The position numbers were made by a program, and so were the translations under genes. A model generated the notes under the pieces. The model worked only from the letters and a program-made list of their open reading frames with translations. It was not told where the DNA came from and searched no databases. Shown in pieces: positions 27,465-38,140 of a stretch of DNA of 64,000 bases. The DNA comes from a virus: IMG/VR virus record IMGVR_UViG_3300025770_000656; one strand, given 5' to 3'. Numbering within the stretch: position 1 is the first letter of the stretch; every line of letters starts with the position of its first letter.

Positions 27465-28982
27465 ATGTCAAAACAAACAATTAATGTTGGTTCTAATCAA
27501 GATGATGGTACTGGTGATTTACTAAGAACAGCATTTACAAAAGTAAACGATAACTTTACTGAATTATATAACGAAGTTGGCGGAACTGATCTTAGTAATA
27601 TTAGGTTTAGCGGAAGCACTATTACTACAGATGAAACCAACACAAACATAATTATTAATCCAAATGGTGTTGGCAAAGTAGACATACAAGCTGATGCATT
27701 GTTTAATGAAAATGCAGATATAACAGGAGCCGTAACTATTGGCGGTAACCTAGGTGTAACAGGCGGAACTAGTCTTGCAAGTACATTAACGGTAGGTAGT
27801 ACCTTAGATGTTACTGGCGCAACAACATTATCAAGTACACTGGGTGTCACAGGAACCAGCACACTAGCTAGTTTTACAGCATCAGGAACAGCCGCTATTA
27901 CAGGAACTACTACTCTTTCAGGAAACTTAATTGCTAACGGAAGTGTTGATTTAGGAGACACCAGTGCTGATACTGTTACTATTACTGGTAGAATTGACAG
28001 TAGTCTTGTTCCAAATGCAAATACTACATATAATATAGGCAGTGACAGTTTACGCTGGGCAACAGGATACTTTAATACCATTGATGTAACAACGTTAAGC
28101 GTTGGTGCAACTGTTATGGATACTATTAGTATTTCTGGTAATAAAATTAGTACTAACGCTACTAATGCTAACATTGAGTTAGATCCAATTGGCACTGGTA
28201 TTGTTGATATTAGAAGTAACCTTACTTTAAACGGCAATACAATGACAGGAAATGTTACTGGTAACCTAGTAGGAAACGTAACAGGTAATATTGGATCGTC
28301 CGGCACAAGCACGTTTACTACTGTTGATATTAACGGCGGCGCTATTGATGGAACAACTATTGGAGCCGCGGCACAAGCTGCAGGTTCGTTTAGTCAGGTA
28401 ACAGTTGACCGAGTAGGAATAGATACCGCAACTATCAGTACATCTAGTGGTGATCTAATTTTAGCGAGTGCTGGGGACGTTAGTGTATCTAATAAGAAGA
28501 TTACTCAATTAGCAGCTCCGGCATCTGGAACAGATGCAACAAATAAAACATATGTAGACGGCAGAACTTTCCAACAGATTACTGATGCTTCAGCAACTAC
28601 TACTAACCATGTCACTATTGATAACTTAAATTTTGCAGACAATAATATTTCTAGTGTTAATACTAACTCTGACATTGTACTTATTCCTGCAGGCACAGGT
28701 AATTTAGTTGTACAAGGCGGAATACGTTTACCAATGCAAAGTGGTAATCCAACAGCAGATACAAGTAGCGGTTATGTGTTTAGCAAACTAGACACTAATG
28801 CAGAAGTACATGTTATGGATGGCGCGGGTAACGTTACTAAAATTTCACCACATAATAATACTGGTGAATGGGAATACTATTCTCGTAATGTTAACACAGG
28901 AAAAGTTATGCGTGTTAATATGGAGCGTATGATTAGAAAACTAGAGGAACTTACTGGAGAAACGTTTATTGAAGAAGTTTAA
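27465..28982 (+). CDS. Fibre protein with a gp9/gp10-type N-terminus
   Basis: [33 protein letters not shown]; Thr/Gly-rich shaft. Confidence 0.75.
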   Translation: MSKQTINVGSNQDDGTGDLLRTAFTKVNDNFTELYNEVGGTDLSNIRFSGSTITTDETNTNIIINPNGVGKVDIQADALFNENADITGAVTIGGNLGVTGGTSLASTLTVGSTLDVTGATTLSSTLGVTGTSTLASFTASGTAAITGTTTLSGNLIANGSVDLGDTSADTVTITGRIDSSLVPNANTTYNIGSDSLRWATGYFNTIDVTTLSVGATVMDTISISGNKISTNATNANIELDPIGTGIVDIRSNLTLNGNTMTGNVTGNLVGNVTGNIGSSGTSTFTTVDINGGAIDGTTIGAAAQAAGSFSQVTVDRVGIDTATISTSSGDLILASAGDVSVSNKKITQLAAPASGTDATNKTYVDGRTFQQITDASATTTNHVTIDNLNFADNNISSVNTNSDIVLIPAGTGNLVVQGGIRLPMQSGNPTADTSSGYVFSKLDTNAEVHVMDGAGNVTKISPHNNTGEWEYYSRNVNTGKVMRVNMERMIRKLEELTGETFIEEV

Positions 28983-29060
28983 ATATATGGGTTGAATTAG
29001 AAATAAACAGACCATATAAATAAATTTAACTACTGATACGTGTCTTAGGAGGAGCATAAG

Positions 29061-32000
29061 ATGGCTATTACGAGAATTAAAACAGATCAGATAACTGATT
29101 CTGCTGTTACTACAGGAAAAATTGCAGATGATGCGATCACAGCAGCAAAATTAGCTGATTCGATCACATATGGTAGTGACTTAACAATCTCTGGCAATTT
29201 AACAGTTAGCGGAACAACCGTTGCTGTTGCGACTACGAACACCAGGGTTGATGATGCCATAATCTCATTAGCCCAAGGTACTTCTGGTTCACCAAGTGAG
29301 GATGCAGGTATCCTTATCGACCGCGGTTCAAGCGACAACGTTGCATTTTTATGGGACGAGTCAGCTGACCAATTTATTTTAAACAACGTCGGATCAGAAG
29401 ACGGCGACACAGCAGGTAACGTCACCTTAGGTGCTTACCAAAACTTACAATTAGGTACACTTACTTTTGCCACTCTTAATGATGGCACGACCGCAATGAC
29501 ATCTACTACTGCAGAATTGAACTTAATTGATGGTTCAGGTGCTGGTACAATTGTTAACAGCAAGGCAGTAATTTACGGCTCAAGCGGTGAAGTTAATGCA
29601 ACTACACTACAAATTGGTGGTTCAAGCATTACATCAACAGCTGCTGAACTAAATCTTGTTGATGGTATAACCGCAGGTACAGCAGCAGCTAGTAAAGCAG
29701 TTATACTTGATGGTAGCAAAGATATTGCTGGCCTTAATGACGTTAGTGCAGCAGGTATTACACTTAGTGACTTAACTGACAACCGTGTTGTGATTGCTGG
29801 TACAAGTGGTATTCTTGAAGATGATGCCAACTTTACATTCGACGGTACTACATTTACCGTTGGTGGTGGTGATATTTCAGTATTCAGTGCAACTGTTGCT
29901 GGTGTTGGTAATTTTGACGGTGCATTAACCGTTGATGGATTACTAAGTGCTGATGGCGGCCTTAATACAAATGACGACTTTACAGTTGACACAGACGGTA
30001 ACGTTGTTGCTGTTGGATTAGTAACAACTGGTGTTATGGACTTTAACAACACTACAGAAGCAACAAGTGCCACAACTGGTGCTGTTCAAATAGCAGGTGG
30101 TGTTGGTATTGCTAAAGACCTTTGGGTTGGTATTGACCTTGACGTTGTTGGTGCTACTACACTTGACGGTGCAGTAACATTAGGCAACGCTTCCGGCGAT
30201 GCAGTTACAGTCACAGGTACAGCAACATTTACCCCAAGTGCAGACTTTGACGGTGGTTTCACTGTTGCAGGTTCACAAACAATTAACATGGGTGCAAACA
30301 GAGTACAAGCTGTTGCAGATCCAACCTCGGCTCAAGACAGTGCTACAAAAGCATATGTTGATAGTCAAGTTAGTTCAGGTTCAAGTTTAACAATTGCCGC
30401 TGATACAGGGTCAAACGACACTGTAACAGTTGGTACAGATACATTAACATTTTCTGGCACAAGTAACGAAGTTAACACCGCAGTTACTAACAATACTATT
30501 ACAATTGGTTTACCAGATGATGTTACAGTTGGCGGTGTACTTACAGTTACTGGTAACTTAGTTGTTAACGGTACTACAACTACACTTTCATCTACAAATA
30601 CAGTTGTTGAAGATACACTTATCGAACTCAACACAGGTGCAGGTTCAAATGCAAACGATATGGGAATTATCATGGAACGTGGTTCCACTGGTGATAACGC
30701 TATCTTTATGTGGGATGAAAGTGCAGACGGGTTCCAAGTTGGTACAACCACAGCCGTAGCAAGTGCAACAGGTAACATTAGTGTAACAGATGCTCCATTT
30801 GCAGCAGCCGCTATTACATCCAGTGGTGTTGTTACAGCAACTGGCTTTACTATTGGTAGTGCAGTTATTAACGAAGCAGAACTAGAGACAATTGACGGCA
30901 TTACTGCTGGCACGGCCGCAGCAAGTAAAGCAGTTGTACTTGGCGGTTTTAAAGATATTACAGGTATTGGTACTGTTGGCTGTGGAGCAGTGACATCGAC
31001 TGGTGTTGTTACTGGAACAGGGTTTACTATTGGTAGTGCAGTTATTAACGAAGCAGAACTAGAGACAATTGATGGTGTTACGGCAGGTACAGTAGCAGCA
31101 AGCAAGGCTGTCGTAGTTGATGCAAACAAAGACATTGCTAGTTTCCGTAATCTCGGCGCAACCGGAGAAACTACACTAGGAAGTGCTATTGTTAGTGATC
31201 TAACTGACAACCGTATTGTGATTGCTGGTACATCAGGCGCACTAGAAGACGATGCTAACTTCACATTCGACGGTACAACGTTTACTGTTGGTGGTGGTGA
31301 TAGTACTGTGTTTAGTGCTACAGTAGCTGGTGTTGGTAACTTTGATGGTGCATTAACAGTTGATGGACTTGCTAGTTTAGATGGTGGAATTAACACCAAT
31401 GACGACTTTACAGTTGACGTAGACGGTAACGTTGTTGCTGTTGGATTAGTAACAACTGGTGTCATGGACTTTAACAACACTACAACTACAACAAGTGCTA
31501 CAAGTGGTGCTGTTCAAGTTGCTGGTGGTGTTGGTGTTGCTGAAAACATTTATGCAGGTGGCACAATTACTGCTACTGGACAAATTCACGGCGATGCAAC
31601 TACGACTTCAACTAGTGTAACAACTGGTTCTGGCGTATTTGACGGTGGCTTAGGTGTTGCAGAAAACATCTTTGCAGGTGGGTTTATTAACACTGCTGAT
31701 GACCTTAGAATCTTAGCAGATAATAAGCAACTTGAAATTGGTGCTGGTACAGACTTTACTATCGGACACAATGCTACAGATACAACTATTGCCAACGCAA
31801 CTGGTATACTTGCTATTAATAGTGCAGGTGGAATCCGTATCAACGAAGACAGTGCTAACGTAGACGTTGTTATTGAATCCAATGATAACGCTACTATGTT
31901 TATGGTAGACGGTTCTGCTAACAATGTTGGTATTGGTGGAGCACCTAGTGCAAACGCCATACTTGATATTACAGGCACAGGTGCCATGATTATTCCAGTA

Positions 32001-32885
32001 GGAACAACTGCACAACGTCCAACAGGTGAAACAGGACAATTTAGGTATAATAGTACAACTAATGGTTTAGAATTTTATGATGATGCTGGATGGGAAAGTT
32101 TAAGCACTTCCTTTACACTTGCAACATCCCAGACATTTACTGGTGACGGTTCAGACCTTACATTTACACTTTCTGCACTAAGTGGATCAGATTCTTACAC
32201 AACTGCTGGTGTATTTGTTAGTATTAACGGTGTTGTACAGCAACCAACAGTTGTTTATGGTATCAGTGGTACTACACTTACATTTACTTCAGGAAGCGCA
32301 CCAGCTAACGGTGACTTAATTGAGGTACGTAAGTTTACTACAACCACAACAATTAAATCATTGGCTGATGGTGATGGTGATACACAGGTACAAGTTGAAG
32401 AAAGCAGTGATGAGGACAAAGTTCGCATTGATGCTGGTGGATCAGAAATTGCTGTTATTGACAGTAGTGGTATTACACTTACAACAGGTAGCTTTGTTGG
32501 TACAGCTACACAAGCACAATACGCTGACCTTGCAGAAAAATACGCAAGTGATGAAGATATTGCTGCTGGTTCAGTTGTACATTTTGTAGGCGAAGGCAAA
32601 GTTGCATCATGCAATGCAGCAAACTGCCCTGTAGTAGCAGGTGTTGTTAGTACAGATCCAGCTTACTTAATGAACAGTAAGCAAGACGGTGTTGCATTAG
32701 CACTAGCTGGTCGTGTACCTACCAAGGTAACAGGCGCAGTTGCCGCAGGAGACTTAATGGTTTCCGCAGGTAACGGAATGGCAATGGCTAACAACGATGC
32801 CAAAATGGGTACAGTAATTGGTAAAGCAATCGAAGCCAACGAAGGCGGAGAAGGCGTTATTGAAGTACTAGTAATGATGATGTAA
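29061..32885 (+). CDS. Long tail-fibre protein with internal duplications and a C-terminal intramolecular chaperone (peptidase G2-like)
   Basis: 1274 aa; C-terminus YADLAEKY...STDPAYLMN...ALAGRVP...IGKA; SD AGGAGG. Confidence 0.8.
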   Translation: MAITRIKTDQITDSAVTTGKIADDAITAAKLADSITYGSDLTISGNLTVSGTTVAVATTNTRVDDAIISLAQGTSGSPSEDAGILIDRGSSDNVAFLWDESADQFILNNVGSEDGDTAGNVTLGAYQNLQLGTLTFATLNDGTTAMTSTTAELNLIDGSGAGTIVNSKAVIYGSSGEVNATTLQIGGSSITSTAAELNLVDGITAGTAAASKAVILDGSKDIAGLNDVSAAGITLSDLTDNRVVIAGTSGILEDDANFTFDGTTFTVGGGDISVFSATVAGVGNFDGALTVDGLLSADGGLNTNDDFTVDTDGNVVAVGLVTTGVMDFNNTTEATSATTGAVQIAGGVGIAKDLWVGIDLDVVGATTLDGAVTLGNASGDAVTVTGTATFTPSADFDGGFTVAGSQTINMGANRVQAVADPTSAQDSATKAYVDSQVSSGSSLTIAADTGSNDTVTVGTDTLTFSGTSNEVNTAVTNNTITIGLPDDVTVGGVLTVTGNLVVNGTTTTLSSTNTVVEDTLIELNTGAGSNANDMGIIMERGSTGDNAIFMWDESADGFQVGTTTAVASATGNISVTDAPFAAAAITSSGVVTATGFTIGSAVINEAELETIDGITAGTAAASKAVVLGGFKDITGIGTVGCGAVTSTGVVTGTGFTIGSAVINEAELETIDGVTAGTVAASKAVVVDANKDIASFRNLGATGETTLGSAIVSDLTDNRIVIAGTSGALEDDANFTFDGTTFTVGGGDSTVFSATVAGVGNFDGALTVDGLASLDGGINTNDDFTVDVDGNVVAVGLVTTGVMDFNNTTTTTSATSGAVQVAGGVGVAENIYAGGTITATGQIHGDATTTSTSVTTGSGVFDGGLGVAENIFAGGFINTADDLRILADNKQLEIGAGTDFTIGHNATDTTIANATGILAINSAGGIRINEDSANVDVVIESNDNATMFMVDGSANNVGIGGAPSANAILDITGTGAMIIPVGTTAQRPTGETGQFRYNSTTNGLEFYDDAGWESLSTSFTLATSQTFTGDGSDLTFTLSALSGSDSYTTAGVFVSINGVVQQPTVVYGISGTTLTFTSGSAPANGDLIEVRKFTTTTTIKSLADGDGDTQVQVEESSDEDKVRIDAGGSEIAVIDSSGITLTTGSFVGTATQAQYADLAEKYASDEDIAAGSVVHFVGEGKVASCNAANCPVVAGVVSTDPAYLMNSKQDGVALALAGRVPTKVTGAVAAGDLMVSAGNGMAMANNDAKMGTVIGKAIEANEGGEGVIEVLVMMM
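29766..31541 (+). repeat. 348-nt intragenic duplication (29766-30113 and 31194-31541) plus a 177-nt-period tandem repeat with a 50-nt identical core (30846-30895 and 31023-31072)
   Basis: Direct comparison of the DNA and translation (SDLTDNR...AGGVG; FTIGSAVINEAELETIDG). Confidence 0.9.
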
Positions 32886-32913
32886 TTCATTACATTTTCA
32901 AACTGAAAAAGAT

Positions 32914-32941
32914 ATAGGGAGGATTTAATCCTCCCTATTTT
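32914..32941 (+). terminator. Intrinsic terminator
   Basis: ATAGGGAGGAT-TTA-ATCCTCCCTAT followed by TTT. Confidence 0.85.
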
Positions 32942-32978
32942 CTTGGATAAATACTAGCAACGAAATAAGGAGTTTTTC

Positions 32979-34982
32979 ATGGCACTTACTATGCCCAAAG
33001 CTAGTCAAATTAATTTTGATTTAACTAATATCTCAGATCCGATTATTAGATTAAACAGCGGTGAAAGTGGAAGTGCTGATAAAGATACTGGTATAGTATT
33101 AGAACGTGGCAGTGATACAAACGTTGCATTACTATACGATGAAAGTGCAAACCAGTTTGCACTAGTTAATACTAACGAAGATGGTACAACTAGCGGCAAT
33201 GTTACTATTGCAAGCTATGCTCCTGTCAAACTCTCAAATCTTGTAATTGCTGATGCTGGTAATATTGGATCAGCAAGTGATACAGATGCTATTGCTATTA
33301 GTTCTGGCGGCGTAGTAACTATGAATCAGATACCAGTATTCAGTGCCGGTATCAACGTCTCTGGTGGAACCATAGCAGGAACTCTTGCCACTGCGGCCCA
33401 AACAAATATTACTTCACTTGGCACATTAACTGCTCTTACTGTTGATGATGTTGCTATAAATGGTAAAGTAATGACTATGACAGGGTCAAGTAGCGATACT
33501 GCCGTGTTTACCGTTGGTACAAATGGTACACTTTCAATTGTTACTACTGATACTGCCGCGGCAGCGGCTAACATTCAAATTACTGCTGATGGTACTGCCG
33601 AACTTGCAGGTACTACAGTCACATTAGATTCTAGTGGTGGAATTACTCTTGATGCAGACAATGGAACAATTACATTTGCAGATGCTGGTGTTTCGTTAGG
33701 TACAATTACTTCTTCGGGGTATACCGGAAATGTAGTTGGTAATGTAACAGGTAATGTAAGTGGTACAGCCGCAACCGTTACAACAGCCGCACAAACAAAT
33801 ATTACTTCACTCGGTACATTAACAACATTAACAGTTGATAATATTATTATAAATGGCGCAAATATTGGTCATACATCCGATACTGATTCGATTGCTATTG
33901 CCGCTGATGGCGTAGTTACAATGAATCAAATACCTGTGTTTAGTGCAGGTATTAATGTGTCAGGTGGTACTATTGCTGGTACATTAGCAACTGCCGCACA
34001 AACAAATATTACAACTGTTGGTACACTAACTGCATTACAAGTAGATAATATCAATATTAACGGTAATGCAATAACAAGTACTGCTGGTATTGATCTAACG
34101 ATTACCCCATTGGCAGGTCAACAGATTGTTCTTGATGGAACAATTGTTGTTGATGCAGGAGTAGTCACCGGTGCAACGAGTATCACATCAACTGCATTTG
34201 TTGGCGATTTAACTGGTGATGTTACAGGTAATGCTGATACATTTACAGCAACAGCAAACAATTCTACAAATGAAACAGTTTATCCTGTTTTTGTAGATGG
34301 AGCAACTGGTACTCAAGGAGCAGAGACAGATACAGGGCTAACTTACAATCCATCAACGGGACTTCTTACTTCAACTGGATTCTCAGGGAACTTAACAGGT
34401 ACACTACAAACTGCTGCTCAAGGCAATGTAACATCGTTGGGAACATTGACAACGCTGACCGTTGATAATATCATCATTAATGGAACAAACATTGGTCACA
34501 CTTCTGATACTGATGCCATTGCTATTGCCGCTGATGGTAAAGTTACGTTTAGTCAAGAAACAACTGTTACAACAGCTATTACACTAAATGCACAAGCAGA
34601 TCTAAGATTTGCTGATGCAGATAGCAGTAATTGGCTTGCATTCCAAGCACCAAATACCGTGGGTAGTAACGTAACATGGACTTTACCATCAGCTGATGGT
34701 ACTGAAGATCAAGTACTAAGCACAAATGGCAGCGGCACACTAGCTTGGGCTGATGCTGGGTCGGGTGGCAGTTCAAGCGCCAGTAGTTACCCCAACAGTA
34801 CAGTTTCAACAATGCCAGGTAGTGCCGGTAACTACGACTTAGGAAAAAACACAGCTCAAGATACAGCAGAGACACCATTCGAAGCAGGTGGCGCAGATGC
34901 ATTTGGAGTTAACTTAGGAACAGTATATAGTATGATGGATCCTGCTGGCACAACAACCACAGTTGATCTTGGTACGATGTAG
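32979..34982 (+). CDS. Tail-fibre-like protein with repeats
   Basis: Four TAAQ(T/G)N(I/V)T..GTLT repeats; late promoter GATAAATA (~32947); SD AAGGAG. Confidence 0.75.
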   Translation: MALTMPKASQINFDLTNISDPIIRLNSGESGSADKDTGIVLERGSDTNVALLYDESANQFALVNTNEDGTTSGNVTIASYAPVKLSNLVIADAGNIGSASDTDAIAISSGGVVTMNQIPVFSAGINVSGGTIAGTLATAAQTNITSLGTLTALTVDDVAINGKVMTMTGSSSDTAVFTVGTNGTLSIVTTDTAAAAANIQITADGTAELAGTTVTLDSSGGITLDADNGTITFADAGVSLGTITSSGYTGNVVGNVTGNVSGTAATVTTAAQTNITSLGTLTTLTVDNIIINGANIGHTSDTDSIAIAADGVVTMNQIPVFSAGINVSGGTIAGTLATAAQTNITTVGTLTALQVDNININGNAITSTAGIDLTITPLAGQQIVLDGTIVVDAGVVTGATSITSTAFVGDLTGDVTGNADTFTATANNSTNETVYPVFVDGATGTQGAETDTGLTYNPSTGLLTSTGFSGNLTGTLQTAAQGNVTSLGTLTTLTVDNIIINGTNIGHTSDTDAIAIAADGKVTFSQETTVTTAITLNAQADLRFADADSSNWLAFQAPNTVGSNVTWTLPSADGTEDQVLSTNGSGTLAWADAGSGGSSSASSYPNSTVSTMPGSAGNYDLGKNTAQDTAETPFEAGGADAFGVNLGTVYSMMDPAGTTTTVDLGTM

Positions 34983-35007
34983 TAAATAATTTAAAAGGAA
35001 TTTAATT

Positions 35008-35571
35008 ATGCCAACAACATTACAATTTAGAAGAGGTACAACTGCTCAAAACAATGCATTCACTGGCGCCGCTGGTGAGTTGTCAGTTGATTCAACACTG
35101 GATACAGTAAGAGTACATGATGGATCAACTGCTGGAGGTTTTCTACTAACATCTCGTACATCCTTATACGCTGATATTGCAGAACGTTATTGGGCTGACG
35201 GTGTATATGAACCAGGAACTGTACTAGTATTTGGTGGAGAAAATGAAGTTACTGTTTCTACACAACCACAAGACACTAAGTTTGCTGGAGTAGTATCTAC
35301 AGAACCCTATGCTATCATGAATAGCCCAAACAGAGAACCAGACTTAACAGATGAGATGCATCCAGCATTAGCTCTTATAGGACGAGTTCCTTGCAATGTA
35401 TCAGGATTTGTAAGAAAAGGAGACTTAATTGTAACTAGTACTGAAGTTGGTGCAGCCATGGCATGGCGTGATGAAAGCAATCCTCCGACAGGCAGTGTTA
35501 TTGGCAAGAGCTTAGAAGACAAAGATGATAAAGCAGTAGGAGTTATTGAAGTAGTCGTTGGAGTTAGATAA
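35008..35571 (+). CDS. Mtd_N-like domain joined to a peptidase-G2-like chaperone domain
   Basis: LQFRRGTTAQNNAFTGAAGEL...VRVHDGSTAGG followed by YADIAERY...STEPYAIMN...ALIGRVPC. Confidence 0.7.
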   Translation: MPTTLQFRRGTTAQNNAFTGAAGELSVDSTLDTVRVHDGSTAGGFLLTSRTSLYADIAERYWADGVYEPGTVLVFGGENEVTVSTQPQDTKFAGVVSTEPYAIMNSPNREPDLTDEMHPALALIGRVPCNVSGFVRKGDLIVTSTEVGAAMAWRDESNPPTGSVIGKSLEDKDDKAVGVIEVVVGVR

Positions 35572-35576
35572 CAAAT

Positions 35577-36332
35577 ATGTTTAAGTTTTATACGGCAGAT
35601 TACGAGGGAGAGATGGTTTCAGATAGTCTGCATTGGAGAGACGGAAACAAAGATTCTAACGGAGTGTGGATACCAAAAACTGTTTTAAACGACGATCATA
35701 CTAAAACCGCACACATTATAGGAAACGGTCCGAGTCGCGAAAAAATAAATTTGTTTTTACTTGACGGTCAGTCTGGCGGCGAAGGCGGTATTACCAGTGT
35801 TGGGCAATCTTATGGTTGTAACCAAACATTTGAAGAGTTTAATCCTACGTTTTTATTCTGTGTTAATACTGAAATTTTAGAACAAATGGTGCTTACTGGC
35901 TATTATGAAGACAATATTGTGTATACAACTAGAAATAACTTATTAAAGTTTCCAGGAAAGTTTCATCTATATCCACACTGGCAAAAGTTATACATGGGAC
36001 CAGCAGCAATGCGTATGGCTTGTGCAGATGGACACAAAAGAGTATACTTAATTGGTTTCGATTTTTATTTTGGAGAGGTGCATCATCTATACCCAGCAAC
36101 TGACACTTCTTACTTGCCAATGGGAAATACAGAAACACTCCGGTCTAAACTTCTTAAGCAAGTATGTAACATAATTAAGTTATACGATGATGTTGAATTT
36201 TTTCATGTACTTAATACATTTAACAACAAGGTTGAACATCAATTTGAGGAGTTTAAGTGGTTGCCAAATATTAAACCGATTGGTCTATTTGAGTATACAA
36301 ACCAAACTGGACTAGGTGCTGTAGCCAAATAA
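35577..36332 (+). CDS. DUF115/MptE-like protein (paralogue of 19153)
   Basis: AHIIGNGPSR, YGCN, MGPAA and YLIGFD motifs. Confidence 0.6.
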   Translation: MFKFYTADYEGEMVSDSLHWRDGNKDSNGVWIPKTVLNDDHTKTAHIIGNGPSREKINLFLLDGQSGGEGGITSVGQSYGCNQTFEEFNPTFLFCVNTEILEQMVLTGYYEDNIVYTTRNNLLKFPGKFHLYPHWQKLYMGPAAMRMACADGHKRVYLIGFDFYFGEVHHLYPATDTSYLPMGNTETLRSKLLKQVCNIIKLYDDVEFFHVLNTFNNKVEHQFEEFKWLPNIKPIGLFEYTNQTGLGAVAK

Positions 36333-36755
36333 CTCTGAAATAGTTGTTATCTTTGCTCGTATCTCATTAACATTAATAGTATTAAATACTCCAGGATGCA
36401 ACGGCCTTGGCCAACTGTCTATAGTTGTCCAAGCATAACCTTTATGTTCTGTGTTTAGCATAGGTATAAATTCGCCTTCAACTACAGTAACAAAAGTGTG
36501 ATATTCAAACTTTTTCTTTGTATTGATAAACTTTTCAATAGGAATATGTTTTTCTACTTCACCAGTAAAGTTAATTTCTTCATGAATTTCTCTCATTAAC
36601 CCTTGTATAATAGACTCATGTGGCTCTAGCTTCCCGCCAACAAATGCCCAGGTGTTATCAAAACTAGTTTCGCTTCGTAATAAAAATAAAAATCTCTGTG
36701 TAGATTTGGCAAAAAATACAGTGCCAACACTTTGTTTTAAATTACTATTGTCCAT
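36312..36755 (-). CDS. Nudix hydrolase
   Basis: Nudix box GGKLEPHESIIQGLMREIHEEI. Confidence 0.9.
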   Translation of the reverse strand: MDNSNLKQSVGTVFFAKSTQRFLFLLRSETSFDNTWAFVGGKLEPHESIIQGLMREIHEEINFTGEVEKHIPIEKFINTKKKFEYHTFVTVVEGEFIPMLNTEHKGYAWTTIDSWPRPLHPGVFNTINVNEIRAKITTISELFGYST

Positions 36756-38140
36756 TCTCCGGCCTTGTATTCGCCTTCGTAACTCTTAAGCCATGCATCA
36801 CCAGTCCATTTGTACTGGATTCCTGTATTAGTATTTGTCATATAGTGTACACCCGTTTGGGTACTACTGTCAAATACTATATTCCAACGTATGCCGTCAT
36901 ATTGAATAATATCATTTGCTCCAGCTATAAAATCATTGCCAGATGTATCTTTCCAAGCATCAGGCCCGTCAGTATTACTAGCATCACCAATACTGTTAAG
37001 GATTAAATACCGCTGCCCAACTGCCTTCGCGTCTAAACCAACGCTTGGTCCCACTTTTAATGGATTAATAATTTTAAGTACTGGATCTAGATCGTTAGTG
37101 GGAATAGTATCTTCATCTAATGTAAACAATAATTTACTGTCGTCACTAGGGTGGTGTGCTATTGTTCCAACTATTTCGCCAGTACCAAAGTCAATTCTTA
37201 TTTGACTAATTCCTGATTGCAACTCACCATATTGATTAATTACTGCTCGCCAAGTAATAAGATCTCCAGTTCCTGCCTTTGCAGGCGGATCGTTTGCAAT
37301 ACTAGGTTCAGACTTATTAGTAACAGTCTCGTGTCTCTCTAGTATTTCTATCGTGCTTCCTAGTAGTAAAATACCATAATTCATAGGTGTAAATTTTAGT
37401 CTTGTACCCATCAATATGTCTTGATCAATAACGCCGTCGCTTAAATCTCCTGACTCGTCAAATATGCTAGCAACAATCTTAGATACTACGCCGAGTTTCT
37501 TAACTTTAGCTGGTGGTGAAAGCCATACTGGTAACATAAATTGCAAAGTTGCAATATCAATTAGGTCGTCTACACCAACTGGCACTGCTCTGCTACTCCA
37601 AGTAGTTTGCTGTAACTCAATATAACTTAAACTTCCCCAATCTAGGTAGTTGTCTGTGCTTTGTATTTCTAAAGCAGGATTAAATAATACAAGGATTTGC
37701 TCTAATAACTGTAATTTCTGTGTAGTATTGCTAGTCCAAATATCAACTGTCATTGTTAAATTATATGGAACAGGCATATGACGTTCTACGCTAAATGCAT
37801 TGCCTTGTTGTGTATTATACTCTCCAGTATTATCATCAAATTGTCTCATTCGAATATGACGCTTGTCTACAAACGTAGGCTCTTGCCTGCGTTCTGGATT
37901 GTATTCCATAGCAGAAATGTAACAACTAATCATTGGACTAGGGTTAATCTTGTTTTCACTATTCTCTTTAATAATACTGCTAACAATACGTGTTGAGTCG
38001 CCGTACTTAACCGGCACAGTTACAAGGGATACATTGCCAGCTCTGTCTTTGCCATACTCAATCTGAAAATTACTAAATGCACGGATAAACTGTAACAGAA
38101 ATCTTCTAATTTGTTGGTCGTAAAAGAATTGCATCGGCAT
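36737..38140 (-). CDS. gp15: Tail terminator / sheath stabiliser, gp15-like, with a C-terminal extension
   Basis: FFYDQQIRRFLLQF...VPVKYG...PVPYNL...QLLEQILVLFNP; the start is at 38140 or 38134. Confidence 0.8.
   Translation of the reverse strand: MPMQFFYDQQIRRFLLQFIRAFSNFQIEYGKDRAGNVSLVTVPVKYGDSTRIVSSIIKENSENKINPSPMISCYISAMEYNPERRQEPTFVDKRHIRMRQFDDNTGEYNTQQGNAFSVERHMPVPYNLTMTVDIWTSNTTQKLQLLEQILVLFNPALEIQSTDNYLDWGSLSYIELQQTTWSSRAVPVGVDDLIDIATLQFMLPVWLSPPAKVKKLGVVSKIVASIFDESGDLSDGVIDQDILMGTRLKFTPMNYGILLLGSTIEILERHETVTNKSEPSIANDPPAKAGTGDLITWRAVINQYGELQSGISQIRIDFGTGEIVGTIAHHPSDDSKLLFTLDEDTIPTNDLDPVLKIINPLKVGPSVGLDAKAVGQRYLILNSIGDASNTDGPDAWKDTSGNDFIAGANDIIQYDGIRWNIVFDSSTQTGVHYMTNTNTGIQYKWTGDAWLKSYEGEYKAGEWTIVI

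Noticed and set aside
30365-31480. 371-aa antisense ORF, and similar ones at 27497-28312, 29087-29425, 29573-30073 and 31586-31987
   Set aside because: They are codon-aligned shadows of Thr/Gly/Ala/Val-rich fibre genes that produce few antisense stops; no SD or protein motif was seen.
35008-35571. Diversity-generating retroelement suggested by the Mtd_N-like domain
   Set aside because: No reverse transcriptase, Avd, or adenine-only-mismatched TR/VR pair was seen in the window; the fibre duplications differ at all base types.
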